Shown piece by piece: positions 28,564 through 37,624 of a stretch of 42,802 bases of DNA. Every line of letters starts with the position of its first letter. The stretch's first letter is position 1. Source of the stretch: Myxococcales bacterium (GTDB lineage: Bacteria; Myxococcota_A; Polyangia; Polyangiales; Houyiibacteriaceae); the NCBI GenBank assembly GCA_050118395.1, contig JASFKY010000002.1:1-42802 (forward strand), written 5' to 3'. Both the position numbers and the translations under genes were made by a program. A model generated the notes under the pieces. It saw only the letters and a program-made list of their open reading frames with translations. It had not been told where the DNA came from and made no database searches.

Positions 28564-30299
28564 CGCACCACTTCGCGCACTTTTTGAGGCGTTCGGTCGA
28601 AAATCGTAACACCACCCACCAGGGTGCGTTCCACGACGATGCTTCGCAGATCGACACCGGGTTCGAGCGGATCGGCGGAGAGGATGACGAGGTCTGCCTT
28701 TTTTCCCGGCTCGATCGAGCCGACCTCGTCCTCCATGCGAAGCTGCCAAGCGGCCTCCGAAGTCATGGTGCGCAACGACTGCTCCGCGCTGATGCGCTCC
28801 TCCGGACCCAACACCAGCCCACTCGAGGTTTCGCGCGCTACCGGAGCCCAGAGCTGGAGCATCGAGTCGATGGGTACGACGGGGGCGTCGAGGTGCGTGG
28901 TGAACCGCAGCCCCAGGGCGTGCGCGGTGGCTGCCGGGCTGATTCGCGCGGCGCGCTCGGGGCCTAGAAACACATCACGATGCCGATCGCCCCAGTAGTA
29001 CACGTGGGCACTGAAAAACGTGGGTGTCACTCCGAGACGCTTCATTCGTTCGAGCTGGTCGGGACGCGCCATCTGGGCGTGAACCAAGATGGGCCGGGCA
29101 TCGTCCGAGGGGCAGGCTCGTAGAGCGACCTCCCATGCGTCGAGGAATTGGTCGATGGCCGCATCGCCGTTTCCGTGCACCGCAACTTGGCGACCCGCGC
29201 ATTGAATCTTCTCGACTTCAGCGTTCATCGTCTGGGCGTCGATGCTTGGATAACCGCGATAGTCATCACCGTGGCCGCCCGGATTGGCGTAGGGCTCGCT
29301 CAAAAATCCGGTGTAGCCTTGAATCGAGCCGTCTCCCACCAGCTTCACGGCTCCTATCCGCATGCGGTCGCTCGCGTATTTATCGAGGCTCACCGCGCCG
29401 TCGATGGCCGACATCCCGAGATCGTCTTTGGGCCATGCCACCAATCGTTGGGGCAGTAACCCGAGCTTCGAAGCCATGTGCATGCCCTGAATCTGCTCGA
29501 GCGTCGCCAGCCCGTTTTGCACCGTCGTGAAACCCTGTCGCGCATAAGCGGAGGCCGCCGTTTGGAGCACTGCGATTTGCTGAAGAGCAGGCAACCGCAA
29601 CGCGTCGAGGATCAACGGACGGGAGGCGGTCTCCAGCAAGAGACCGGTGGGCTCTCCGTGCGCGTCTTTGCGGATCTCGCCTCCTTCTGGATCTGCTGTC
29701 TGCCCGTCGATTCCGAAGCGCTCGAGTGCGAGCGAATTCACAGCGGCCATGTGCCCCGAGATGTGCATGGCCAGCACGGGCCGCTCGGTCGAAACTCGAT
29801 CGAGATCCATTCGATCGAGATGTCGTCTCTGCGCGAGCATCGTGTCGTCATATCCGAAGCCGATCAGCCATCCCTCACCGGGATGCTCGGCATCCACCTG
29901 CCGGAGCGCTGCAATCGCATCGTCGATGCTCTGCACTGTACCAATCGGAGGGCTGTTGAGGTCGGCGGCCACCGCACCCAGACCTGCCCCGGGAAAGTGT
30001 CCGTGCGCCTCGATGAAGCCCGGGACGACGGTTCGGCCCGCTAGGTCGAGCCGCACATCCGCGTTGAGCCACCAGCGCTCCACGTCCTGGTCGTCCCCGA
30101 CCGCGACGATGTGATCCCCCTCGATGACCAGTGCCGTGGCACGACGTCCGTTCGCATCCATGGTGAGCACGTTTCCATTGCGCCAGACCTGAAGGGCCGG
30201 GGGTGACGGGTGAAGGCGCGACCACCCGATCGCAGCCGCCACGGCAATCAAAACGAGCACGACCGCGAGGCCGCTCAATGACCACTTGAGCGCTCTCAA
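28560..30299 (-). CDS. membrane-anchored amidohydrolase (Amidohydro_3 / YtcJ-like metal-dependent hydrolase)
   Basis: 579 aa with a TTG start preceded by AGGTGA. It has an N-terminal signal anchor, the HxH metal motif FIEAHGHF, and later VHGNGD and HAQM-type ligands typical of this family. Confidence 0.85.
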   Translation of the reverse strand: MRALKWSLSGLAVVLVLIAVAAAIGWSRLHPSPPALQVWRNGNVLTMDANGRRATALVIEGDHIVAVGDDQDVERWWLNADVRLDLAGRTVVPGFIEAHGHFPGAGLGAVAADLNSPPIGTVQSIDDAIAALRQVDAEHPGEGWLIGFGYDDTMLAQRRHLDRMDLDRVSTERPVLAMHISGHMAAVNSLALERFGIDGQTADPEGGEIRKDAHGEPTGLLLETASRPLILDALRLPALQQIAVLQTAASAYARQGFTTVQNGLATLEQIQGMHMASKLGLLPQRLVAWPKDDLGMSAIDGAVSLDKYASDRMRIGAVKLVGDGSIQGYTGFLSEPYANPGGHGDDYRGYPSIDAQTMNAEVEKIQCAGRQVAVHGNGDAAIDQFLDAWEVALRACPSDDARPILVHAQMARPDQLERMKRLGVTPTFFSAHVYYWGDRHRDVFLGPERAARISPAATAHALGLRFTTHLDAPVVPIDSMLQLWAPVARETSSGLVLGPEERISAEQSLRTMTSEAAWQLRMEDEVGSIEPGKKADLVILSADPLEPGVDLRSIVVERTLVGGVTIFDRTPQKVREVVR

Positions 30300-30424
30300 A
30301 ACATCACCTTTGCCGACGCCCGCGCTCCAGGCGAGACGTCGAGGCCCAGTGTATCTCAGAACCGCCCGATACTATCGAGCTTTTCGCACCATGCTTCGCC
30401 AAGCGCAGGGTCGAGACCCCTTGC

Positions 30425-32542
30425 TCATCGATAGGTCGCCGTGGCCAAAGGGGTACTCAGATCGTTGACGTCGTGAACTCGGACGCCACCGTAGCTGATC
30501 GAGTAAATGAAGTCGTCGATGAACACGCCACGTGTGATCTGAGGCTCGTAGCCGCAATAGTAGTAGAAGTCTTCCACCGGATAGGGAACGCCCCCGCAGT
30601 CATCCAGCACCAGATCGGAATGATCGACGGCGCCACGGCGGGCCAGACCCTCGGCGATGCTGACGTCCCAGAGCTCCAGTGTGCTCGAGAAATCGCCCTC
30701 GTAGGAAACGAACGGGAAGGCAAGCAAACCCTTGTCCGCGTAGAAGTTGAACGCCTTGTGATTGTGATTGGCTTCGGAAAAGCCCGAGCCCACCAATGCC
30801 TTGTGCGCGAGCACGGGATTGGCTGGATCGGAGACGTCGAAAATCTGGAGTGCCGTTCCGTTGTCCGCCTGTGTCACCTCGTCGATGTCACGGCCGATGG
30901 TCAGCAGGTGATCTTTGCCAAGCGGGTGCATGTAGTCACTGAATCCGGGAATTTTGAGCTGTCCGAGCACGGCAGGGCTCTCGGGGTTGCTCAGATCGAT
31001 GGCGAACAGTGGATCGACCTGGCGAAACGTGACGATGTAGGCGATGTCACCGAGGAAGCGCGCGGAAAAGATGCGCTCTCCCTCCGCGAGAGGAGGAGTC
31101 GAGCCCAAGACGGCGAGCGCACCCTCCTCGAGCTTCATCGTGCTGACTAGATTGTCCGTGGTCGGTGGAACCCAAACCTCGGGCGCAGCGACGTCCCCGC
31201 TGCGATCAGGCCAAGTGGTGCGCGTGGTTGCAATTCGAATGACGCCATCGCGCTCGTCGATCGAGAACTGATCGTTGACGACACCCGGGACGAAGCCCGA
31301 TCCCTGATAGGGCGTGCGCTGTGCTTCGGACGATACCGCGAATCGATGGACCGCGGTCCGGTCGCTGTTGCGCGCTTGGTCGTACCAGGTCCAATCAGGT
31401 TGTGTCAGGATCAGGGCCTTGCTGTTTGCATAGACCTGCGTCGCCTGGCCCAGAATCGAGGTGATCGCCGTGGGCGTGTCGCTGCGCATGTCGAGGCCTA
31501 CGATCTGCGTCAGGCCGTAGCCCGTCAGCCCCGGAGCGGGCGCGTAAAAGTCGGTGCACTGAACAGGCTGCTCCTGAATCTCTCCGTCGATCCGCTCGCC
31601 CCATGACGGAATCCATTGCGCCAACGTGGTGTTCGCAATCGCTTCTTTGGCTTGGGTGGCCCAGATGCGAGCAAGCGCGATCTCTTCTTCGCGGGTCTGC
31701 GGCTGGACTTCGCCATTGTACAGGACCTGCCACAATTCGGGAACGCTGCCGGGCCGTTGGACGTCGCTCTGCACGACGGCCCGCACGATCCCATCGTGCC
31801 GACGCGAGGACGAATACCATCCGTCCACGTAGATCTCCCGGACGGCCTGGGGAACGTCTCCACCGAGATCGATCACGGTGAGCTTCACGTAGGAACGCCC
31901 GCAATAGTAGGGTCCGTCAATCGCGACATCCGCGACGGCCGGCTCCGGGTAACCGTAGCCCTGGCATAGGTCGCCGTCGTCCAGTGGCTCGACCCCATAC
32001 ACGCTCGAAAAGACGACTGCACGATCGCCCTCGACGAACATCTCCATCGCATTCCCCTCGATCTCGAGGTCGGCGAGCTTCGAGGTCTCGGCGGGCGGCC
32101 AGGAGTTGAACTCGTAGAACCCGTTGCCGCGAATGACGTACAATTTACGGCCCTCGTCGCCGACCTTGACGATGTCCGCTTCGTCGACATCGGCGACCTG
32201 ACGGTTCGTATCGGAAAAGCCGGACGGCGCATCTGCACCGTTGCTGTCGGAGCCCTCCTGCGGAGCTGCGGGCACCCCACCGGCCCCGCCCGCACCCACC
32301 GCTGCGTCCTCCATGAACAAAACGCCGCCGGGGCGGGCGTAGTAATCCTGATTGATGAACGACTCGAGCTCGAGGTCCACCTTGGCCGCCGCGTCCTGTT
32401 GGATCGCCGCGAGGACGTCGTCACAGCTCTGCGCCTGTCGAAGCGCCGACTCGTATGGGGTGACATCCGAGCTCGTTTGGCAGCCCGCGGCGGCCACCAG
32501 AGCCGCAAGGCCGATTGGCGCAAATCCGAATCTCCGAATCAT
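30425..32542 (-). CDS. secreted beta-propeller-domain lipoprotein
   Basis: 705 aa with an AGGAGG RBS and a lipobox AAAGC. The C-terminal region FRQVDPLFAIDLSNPESPAVLGQLKIPGFSDYMHPLG matches my memory of the bacterial/archaeal Beta_propel domain family (PF09826). Confidence 0.75.
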   Translation of the reverse strand: MIRRFGFAPIGLAALVAAAGCQTSSDVTPYESALRQAQSCDDVLAAIQQDAAAKVDLELESFINQDYYARPGGVLFMEDAAVGAGGAGGVPAAPQEGSDSNGADAPSGFSDTNRQVADVDEADIVKVGDEGRKLYVIRGNGFYEFNSWPPAETSKLADLEIEGNAMEMFVEGDRAVVFSSVYGVEPLDDGDLCQGYGYPEPAVADVAIDGPYYCGRSYVKLTVIDLGGDVPQAVREIYVDGWYSSSRRHDGIVRAVVQSDVQRPGSVPELWQVLYNGEVQPQTREEEIALARIWATQAKEAIANTTLAQWIPSWGERIDGEIQEQPVQCTDFYAPAPGLTGYGLTQIVGLDMRSDTPTAITSILGQATQVYANSKALILTQPDWTWYDQARNSDRTAVHRFAVSSEAQRTPYQGSGFVPGVVNDQFSIDERDGVIRIATTRTTWPDRSGDVAAPEVWVPPTTDNLVSTMKLEEGALAVLGSTPPLAEGERIFSARFLGDIAYIVTFRQVDPLFAIDLSNPESPAVLGQLKIPGFSDYMHPLGKDHLLTIGRDIDEVTQADNGTALQIFDVSDPANPVLAHKALVGSGFSEANHNHKAFNFYADKGLLAFPFVSYEGDFSSTLELWDVSIAEGLARRGAVDHSDLVLDDCGGVPYPVEDFYYYCGYEPQITRGVFIDDFIYSISYGGVRVHDVNDLSTPLATATYR

Positions 32543-32675
32543 CTCATCCTCCTACACACCGCTTAACGGACTAGCAAGTCGCATGCCTATAGAAAAAGGC
32601 AATGATTTCCTCGGGGCCGGTGGGCCAAGCTGTGCCGTCTCGATCATGGTTGCGCAGGAATGCGGGCATGCTAGT

Positions 32676-32694
32676 GATGCTGAAAATCATTTTC
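32676..32694. promoter_or_regulatory. Fur-family box (GATGCTGAAAATCATTTTC; core 7-1-7 palindrome TGAAAAT-C-ATTTTCA at 32681..32695)
   Basis: 15 of 19 positions match the classical Fur consensus GATAATGATAATCATTATC (counted by hand). The 7-1-7 core is a perfect inverted repeat. It lies in an AT-rich divergent region, 11 nt upstream of the ATG of the barrel-protein gene. Confidence 0.45.
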
Positions 32695-32705
32695 ACTTGC
32701 AACAA

Positions 32706-34166
32706 ATGACTCACCCTCACCGCGCAATATCGTTCGTGGGCCTCGCAGCGTGGGCGCTGCTCGGCTGGCCTTGCACAACCCCGACGGCTTGGGCGCAGAC
32801 CGACGAGGAGGCCCAAGGAAGTGCCGAGGCCGAAGACGCGGAAGGAGAGGCGCCGCCAGCTGCCGGTCCGCCGAAAGAAGAGCCCCCGCAGCAGGGTCCA
32901 AAAATCCTGTTGCCACCGGGTGAAATCGCACCCGAGGCATCGCAAGCCGGAGCATACGGGCTCGATGAAGAGGGGGCCTCGCAACAGAGCCCCACGATCC
33001 TGATGCCACCGGGTGAGATCGCGCCGAACGCACCCGAGGCGGGGGAGTACGGACTCGATTACGATCCGTTGCGAGGCATGATGGAGGCCCGCTTCAGGCG
33101 GGCGGCGAAGACCAGCGTCGGGGGCTACGGCGAGCTGCACTTGAATGTGTTCAAGCCCCAGGGCACGCCTGCCAATGCCCGGCTCGATCTACACCGCCTG
33201 GTGCTCTTCGTAGCCCACAACTTCAGTGACCGGTTTCGCTTCTACACCGAGCTCGAGCTCGAGCATGCGTTTATCGCCAACTCCGGCGGTGTCGCGATCC
33301 CCGGCTCGTTCGGAATCGAGCAGGCGTTCGTCGATTGGCGGCTGCTCAAAGGACAAAGCACCGGGCTCTATCTTCGTACCGGCGCGATTCTGGTGCCCAT
33401 GGGCATCATCAACCAGTGGCACGAGCCGCCCATCTTCCACGGAGTGGAGAGACCCCTCGTCGATACCGTGATCATCCCAACGACCTGGCGGGAGGGAGGC
33501 ATCGGTGTGTGGGGCGAGCCGATCGAGGGGCTCCGTTACGAGTTTTACGTGATGAGCGGTCTCGACGCGAGCGGCTTCACCGGCGCCGCGGGCCTACGCG
33601 GCGGCAGGCTCCAGGTCACGACCGCGACCCTGAACGGTCCCGCGTTCGCCGGCCGACTGGAATGGGAGCCGATCCTCGGCATGATCGTGGGAGTCTCCCC
33701 CTATTTTGGTCTTGCCGGGCCGCGCAATCTCGACGTCAACGTGAAGGTAGGCGGCGCGGCCGCCGACTGGCGCATTCGCCGCAAAGGCTTCGAGTCGCGC
33801 GCCGTCATCGCCTATTTCCATGTCAGCAACACCGATGCGCTGAGAACGATGCCCCCTGGGGAAACCCGAGTGGTGAGCGACGTGGGCTCCAACCTCTTCG
33901 GAGCGTATGCCGAGATCGCCTACAACGTGATTTTCTTCGTCGATACGCCGATGGAGCTGCTTCCGTTCGTACGGCTCGACTATTACGACACGACGTTTCG
34001 CGAGGCGGATCCTGCCTACGATCTGCCCGCGTACCTCGTTCCTACCGTCGGCCTCAGCTACCGGCCCATTCAACAGGTCGTGTTCAAGTTCGACTACCAG
34101 GCCGTCCGTGCCTCAGCGGGCCCGAACGAGAACCGATGGAACGTCGGCTTCGGCTGGATGTTCTGA
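32706..34166 (+). CDS. outer-membrane beta-barrel (porin-like) protein with a repeat-containing N-terminal extension
   Basis: 486 aa from ATG 32706. The signal peptide ends AWA-QT. An acidic/Pro-rich N-terminal region follows, then about 370 aa of alternating beta-strand pattern ending in a C-terminal ...GFGWMF (terminal Phe beta-signal). The upstream part of track ORF 32352.. crosses the divergent promoter and the neighbouring gene. Confidence 0.65.
   Translation: MTHPHRAISFVGLAAWALLGWPCTTPTAWAQTDEEAQGSAEAEDAEGEAPPAAGPPKEEPPQQGPKILLPPGEIAPEASQAGAYGLDEEGASQQSPTILMPPGEIAPNAPEAGEYGLDYDPLRGMMEARFRRAAKTSVGGYGELHLNVFKPQGTPANARLDLHRLVLFVAHNFSDRFRFYTELELEHAFIANSGGVAIPGSFGIEQAFVDWRLLKGQSTGLYLRTGAILVPMGIINQWHEPPIFHGVERPLVDTVIIPTTWREGGIGVWGEPIEGLRYEFYVMSGLDASGFTGAAGLRGGRLQVTTATLNGPAFAGRLEWEPILGMIVGVSPYFGLAGPRNLDVNVKVGGAAADWRIRRKGFESRAVIAYFHVSNTDALRTMPPGETRVVSDVGSNLFGAYAEIAYNVIFFVDTPMELLPFVRLDYYDTTFREADPAYDLPAYLVPTVGLSYRPIQQVVFKFDYQAVRASAGPNENRWNVGFGWMF
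32904..33065 (+). repeat. in-frame tandem duplication, 93-bp (31-aa) period, two copies
   Basis: ILLPPGEIAPEASQAGAYGLDEE (from 32904) aligns with ILMPPGEIAPNAPEAGEYGLDYD (from 32997). That is 16 of 23 identical residues, and the first 29 nt of the two copies differ at 3 positions (hand alignment). Confidence 0.8.
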
Positions 34167-34179
34167 CCCAGCTGCCCGT

Positions 34180-34938
34180 TCAAGGCACGGGCTGGCAGGA
34201 TGCGTACACGAAGGTGATCGACTTCGCGACGATCGGATAAGTGAGGCCCGCCGTCTCGTCCACGGAACACTGCGTGACGCCCGAGGCACCGGACACGGTG
34301 GCCGTGATCGGTCCATCGGCGGGGTCGACTCCGGTGAAGACGAGATCCCCATAGCCGTCCATGTCGGCAATCACGGTGTCTTGCGGCGCCGGTGCTCCGG
34401 ATAGATCGAAGGTGAATGGGGAATCGCTCGACGCGCTGATGGTCCCGCTCTCGCCACCCTCGGCGCCTTCGAAGAGAATATCCACGGCTCCGTCCGCCGC
34501 GCTAAACGTGCGTCCCAGCGCATCGCCGACCTGCGCAATGTCCGTGTCCGGTATCACGCCGAGCACCGCGCCGCTCGACGTCTCGTCCGGCACGACCCAG
34601 TAGTCCACGGTTCCCCACGCGTTGCCGGCGCTCGTGACCAGAAACCGATCGCCATTGGGAACGTTCGAAAGACTGAAAAGGCCATCCCCATCGGTGGTCG
34701 TCGAAAGCGAGGTCCCAAATACGGACACGGTCGCGCCCGCGACAGGCGTTTGGGTCTGACCCTGGCTGAGGACTATCCCGTTCACGGTGGAAGTCTGGGA
34801 CCCACCACCTCCAGTGCCCCCGGTGCCGCCGGTTCCACCGCTACCGCCCGTGCCTCCGCTGCCGTTTCCGCCTCCTCCGCATGCGACCAGCGCAAGCGTG
34901 AAGAAGAGCACACCCAAGATTTTCGCCCGCAAAAGCAT
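34180..34938 (-). CDS. lipoprotein with a Gly-rich linker and a CarboxypepD_reg-like beta-sandwich domain
   Basis: ATG at 34938 (MLLRAKILGVLFFTLALVAC, lipobox LVAC), followed by a GGGGNGSGGTGGSGGTGGTGGTGGGG linker. Then comes VNGIVLS....PVAGATVSV.G....TTDGDGLFSLSNVPNG, typical of carboxypeptidase-regulatory-like domains. Confidence 0.6.
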   Translation of the reverse strand: MLLRAKILGVLFFTLALVACGGGGNGSGGTGGSGGTGGTGGTGGGGSQTSTVNGIVLSQGQTQTPVAGATVSVFGTSLSTTTDGDGLFSLSNVPNGDRFLVTSAGNAWGTVDYWVVPDETSSGAVLGVIPDTDIAQVGDALGRTFSAADGAVDILFEGAEGGESGTISASSDSPFTFDLSGAPAPQDTVIADMDGYGDLVFTGVDPADGPITATVSGASGVTQCSVDETAGLTYPIVAKSITFVYASCQPVP

Positions 34939-35276
34939 ACCCACCTCCCTACGGTTCGGAAATGGTGACCCATCCCCTGCCCTTTTGCCTGCATCGGTCA
35001 TGCCAGACGCTTGGAGCACCATGTTCTCCTCGGCTTTGACTGCCTGTCTCGCGCAATATTTGCATCCGCGCGGCAGCTCGCGCCAGCTTTGCGCCCCTCG
35101 AGGCCGGGCTCGAAAGGACCCGCGCGAGGGTGCGTGTATCCGCTACGCGCGAGCACGGCATCAGATGCGCAGCCCAAAAAACCACCAGCGCCGGTGAATT
35201 GGCGCGGATCTCACATTCGAAGGATCGACAGCGGGCAGCGACGGGCACATGGGGTGGGCTCGGTTCGAGGAGAGTC

Positions 35277-36566
35277 ATGAAACGAGCGACCAAGAGCGCG
35301 TCGAGGGGTCACTTGTGGCTCGCTTGTCTGGGGCTGTGCGCAGCTCACGCGCTGGCAGCCACGCGAGCGCACGCCGAGGACGTCACCTTCGACGAAGCGC
35401 TCGAGCTTGGGGCTCGCACACCCGAAATTGTGGGCTTGCGGAATGCCTTGGAGGCACGGCAATCCGCAGATGAGGGTATGCGGGGCGCGGCTGGACCCAC
35501 GACCCTGACCTTCATGCCCGGTGGCCTGGTCTATCCCCAGCAAGACGATGTCTTCGAAATGCAGGTCAATCTAACGCAGGGCTGGAGCCTCGGTGGCCTC
35601 GGGGACGCCCGGCGCGAGGCGGCTCTGCAGGAGCGCGAAGCACTCGGTGCGTCCGTGCGGGCGAGGGCTCTGCGCGCACGGCTAGAGGCCGCAAGGCGCT
35701 GGATCGACCTAGCCACCCTGGCCCGAATCCGGCAGACGGTCGAAGAACGAATCCGTACGACCCAGCAGCTCGTCTCACAACGAGAACGGGCTCTGGTCGC
35801 CGAGGTCGGAACGCTGCAGTCGCTGGCCGAGGCGCGGGCAGCGCTCGCCGAGCTCCAGCGGCAACGGCTGGCTTTGGAAGGAGATGAGTTCACGGCCTCG
35901 GCCCAGCTGGCCCTGGCCATGGGCCGAGCGCCGGAGACCGAGCGGTTGCAAGCCGTTGGAGAGCTTCCGAGCCCCCCGCTACCCGCCGAAGCGGAGATCC
36001 GAGCACGCATAGGGGACATCGATGCCGCGCCCGACGTCATCGTGGAGCAGTTGCGCGAGACGGCGGCCCGCGCGCGCGCGGCCGAAACGTCCGCCCTGTA
36101 CGGGCCGGTGCTGGATGTCGGTACCCAGGTCGAGCGCGCCGCCGCCGGAAATCGAGGAGCTTGGGTGGTGTATGGAATCACCGGACTCTCGTTTCCTGGC
36201 TTCGCACAAGAACGACGCTCGGTAGCGCTTGCCAAGGAGCAGGTCGCGACCGCTAGTGCAACCACCGCTAGTACACGGTTGCAGGCTCGCGCAGAGCTCG
36301 AGGAGGCACTGCACGACCTCGAGCATACCGCGGCCGTTGCGGCGCTTCTCGAAGAGCAAACGCTTCCCGCGCTGCGCGCGATCGTCTCGGGCCGCGCCCG
36401 GGCCGTGGCCCTGGGCGAAGAGGCGAGCTTCGCGCTCAATATGGCCCGCAACCAGGAGCTGGCCGCGTTGGAAGGGGCGCATCGAGCACGAGGGGCCCAT
36501 AGCTGGGCTCGGGTTCACATGTGGCTTTTGCTGGCCGAGCTAGCCGGCGCACGAGGCGCTCAATGA
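35277..36566 (+). CDS. czcC: outer-membrane efflux factor (TolC/CzcC family)
   Basis: 429 aa from ATG 35277 with a GGAGAG RBS and a signal peptide ending AHA-ED. The sequence is an Ala/Leu/Arg/Glu-rich two-repeat helical type typical of OMF proteins. It is the first gene of a C-B-A efflux operon. Confidence 0.8.
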   Translation: MKRATKSASRGHLWLACLGLCAAHALAATRAHAEDVTFDEALELGARTPEIVGLRNALEARQSADEGMRGAAGPTTLTFMPGGLVYPQQDDVFEMQVNLTQGWSLGGLGDARREAALQEREALGASVRARALRARLEAARRWIDLATLARIRQTVEERIRTTQQLVSQRERALVAEVGTLQSLAEARAALAELQRQRLALEGDEFTASAQLALAMGRAPETERLQAVGELPSPPLPAEAEIRARIGDIDAAPDVIVEQLRETAARARAAETSALYGPVLDVGTQVERAAAGNRGAWVVYGITGLSFPGFAQERRSVALAKEQVATASATTASTRLQARAELEEALHDLEHTAAVAALLEEQTLPALRAIVSGRARAVALGEEASFALNMARNQELAALEGAHRARGAHSWARVHMWLLLAELAGARGAQ

Positions 36567-37624
36567 AACTCGTTCCGACCGCTCTGCTCTGCGTCGCGCT
36601 CGGGGCGTGCTCTCGTGAGCAAGCTGCCGCCCCACAACCAGAGCGATCCCAAAGCGCAGAAAGCGCGCCATCGCGATTCGTGGTGGTCAGCAAACCAGAG
36701 GACCGCTCGATCATGCAAGCGCCCGCCATCGTGCGGGCCTCGGCCGCGGCGTCGGGCGAGGTCACGGCTCCCACGCCACTTCGCATCGCGCACGTCTACG
36801 TGAAGGTGGGGCAGGCGGTCGCTGCCGGGGATCGCATCGTCGATGTCCGTGCTCCCGAATTGCTCGATGCTGCAGCCGTCGTGCTCTCCGCCGCCGCGCG
36901 GGCGAGAGCTCATGAGGAACGCGCCGATCAGCTAGAAGCGCTACTCGGAGAGGGACTCGCACTACGCGCTCAAGTCTTCGAGCAACGGACCATGGCCGCC
37001 GATTTGCGGGCGAGCCGTCTGCAGGCCATCGCCCTACTCCGTTCGGCAGGAGTCGACCCCGATCAGGCTTCGGCATTGATGCAAGATGGCGTCGTGACGC
37101 TGCGTGCGCCGGTCGCAGGCATCGTCACCGAGCTTTCAGCCCGCCCCGGACGGAGCTTCGACCCAGGCGCCATGCCCATCGCTCGATTGACGGGCCAGGC
37201 TTCGGCTCGTATCGAAGTTCAAACCGCGAAGGGTTGGCCGGAGGCAACCTCGGCCGTGTTCACCGCAAGCGATGGCCGCCGCGTCGTGCTCGATCCATCG
37301 CCTGTCTCGTCTGTGGTGATCCCTGCCGACGGGACCACGCGCTCCTGGTTCGACCCCAAGGATTCCGTGGATCTGCCCGATGGCTTGGTCGGAATTGCGG
37401 AGGTGTTTGCGGCACGGGACGTGTGGGAGGTGCCGGCCGCTGCCATCCTACAGAGCGGCCAGCAAAGCCTGGTGCTGCGGCGGCGTGCGGATCGCACCGA
37501 GCGGGTCGCGGTGCAGGTTCTGATGGCGTCGGGCGCATCGGCGCTCGTGCGGGGCCCACTCGAACCGGGTGATCGGGTCGCAAGCTCTTTTCCCGACGAA
37601 CCAAGCACGGAAGGCAACCGGTGA
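36563..37624 (+). CDS. czcB: RND efflux periplasmic adaptor (membrane fusion protein)
   Basis: 353 aa. An ATGA overlap joins it to the czcC stop. It has a lipobox-like signal (LLCVALGAC) and the lipoyl-like hairpin motif (VKVGQAVAAGDRIVDV ... LRAPVAGIVTEL). Confidence 0.8.
   Translation: MKLVPTALLCVALGACSREQAAAPQPERSQSAESAPSRFVVVSKPEDRSIMQAPAIVRASAAASGEVTAPTPLRIAHVYVKVGQAVAAGDRIVDVRAPELLDAAAVVLSAAARARAHEERADQLEALLGEGLALRAQVFEQRTMAADLRASRLQAIALLRSAGVDPDQASALMQDGVVTLRAPVAGIVTELSARPGRSFDPGAMPIARLTGQASARIEVQTAKGWPEATSAVFTASDGRRVVLDPSPVSSVVIPADGTTRSWFDPKDSVDLPDGLVGIAEVFAARDVWEVPAAAILQSGQQSLVLRRRADRTERVAVQVLMASGASALVRGPLEPGDRVASSFPDEPSTEGNR

Noticed and set aside
32352-32705. 118-codon 5' extension of the barrel-protein ORF.
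   Set aside because: It would run across the AT-rich divergent promoter and overlap the beta-propeller gene on the other strand. A canonical signal peptide begins at the ATG at 32706.
34795-34880. Imperfect CCN/GGN trinucleotide-like repeat tract that could look like a VNTR or repeat array.
   Set aside because: It is in frame and encodes the Gly-rich linker (GGGGNGSGGTGGSGGTGGTGG) of the lipoprotein. The units are not identical, and there is no spacer/repeat organisation.
35121-35153. Direct repeat CGCGCGAG (35121 and 35146) upstream of czcC as a possible regulator site.
   Set aside because: An 8-mer of pure CG-rich composition is expected by chance in this DNA. It has no dyad symmetry and no AT-rich context.
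35255-35280. GGTTCGA T-loop-like string suggesting a tRNA upstream of czcC.
   Set aside because: The flanking bases cannot form a T-stem or an acceptor stem, and the string overlaps the czcC RBS and start codon.
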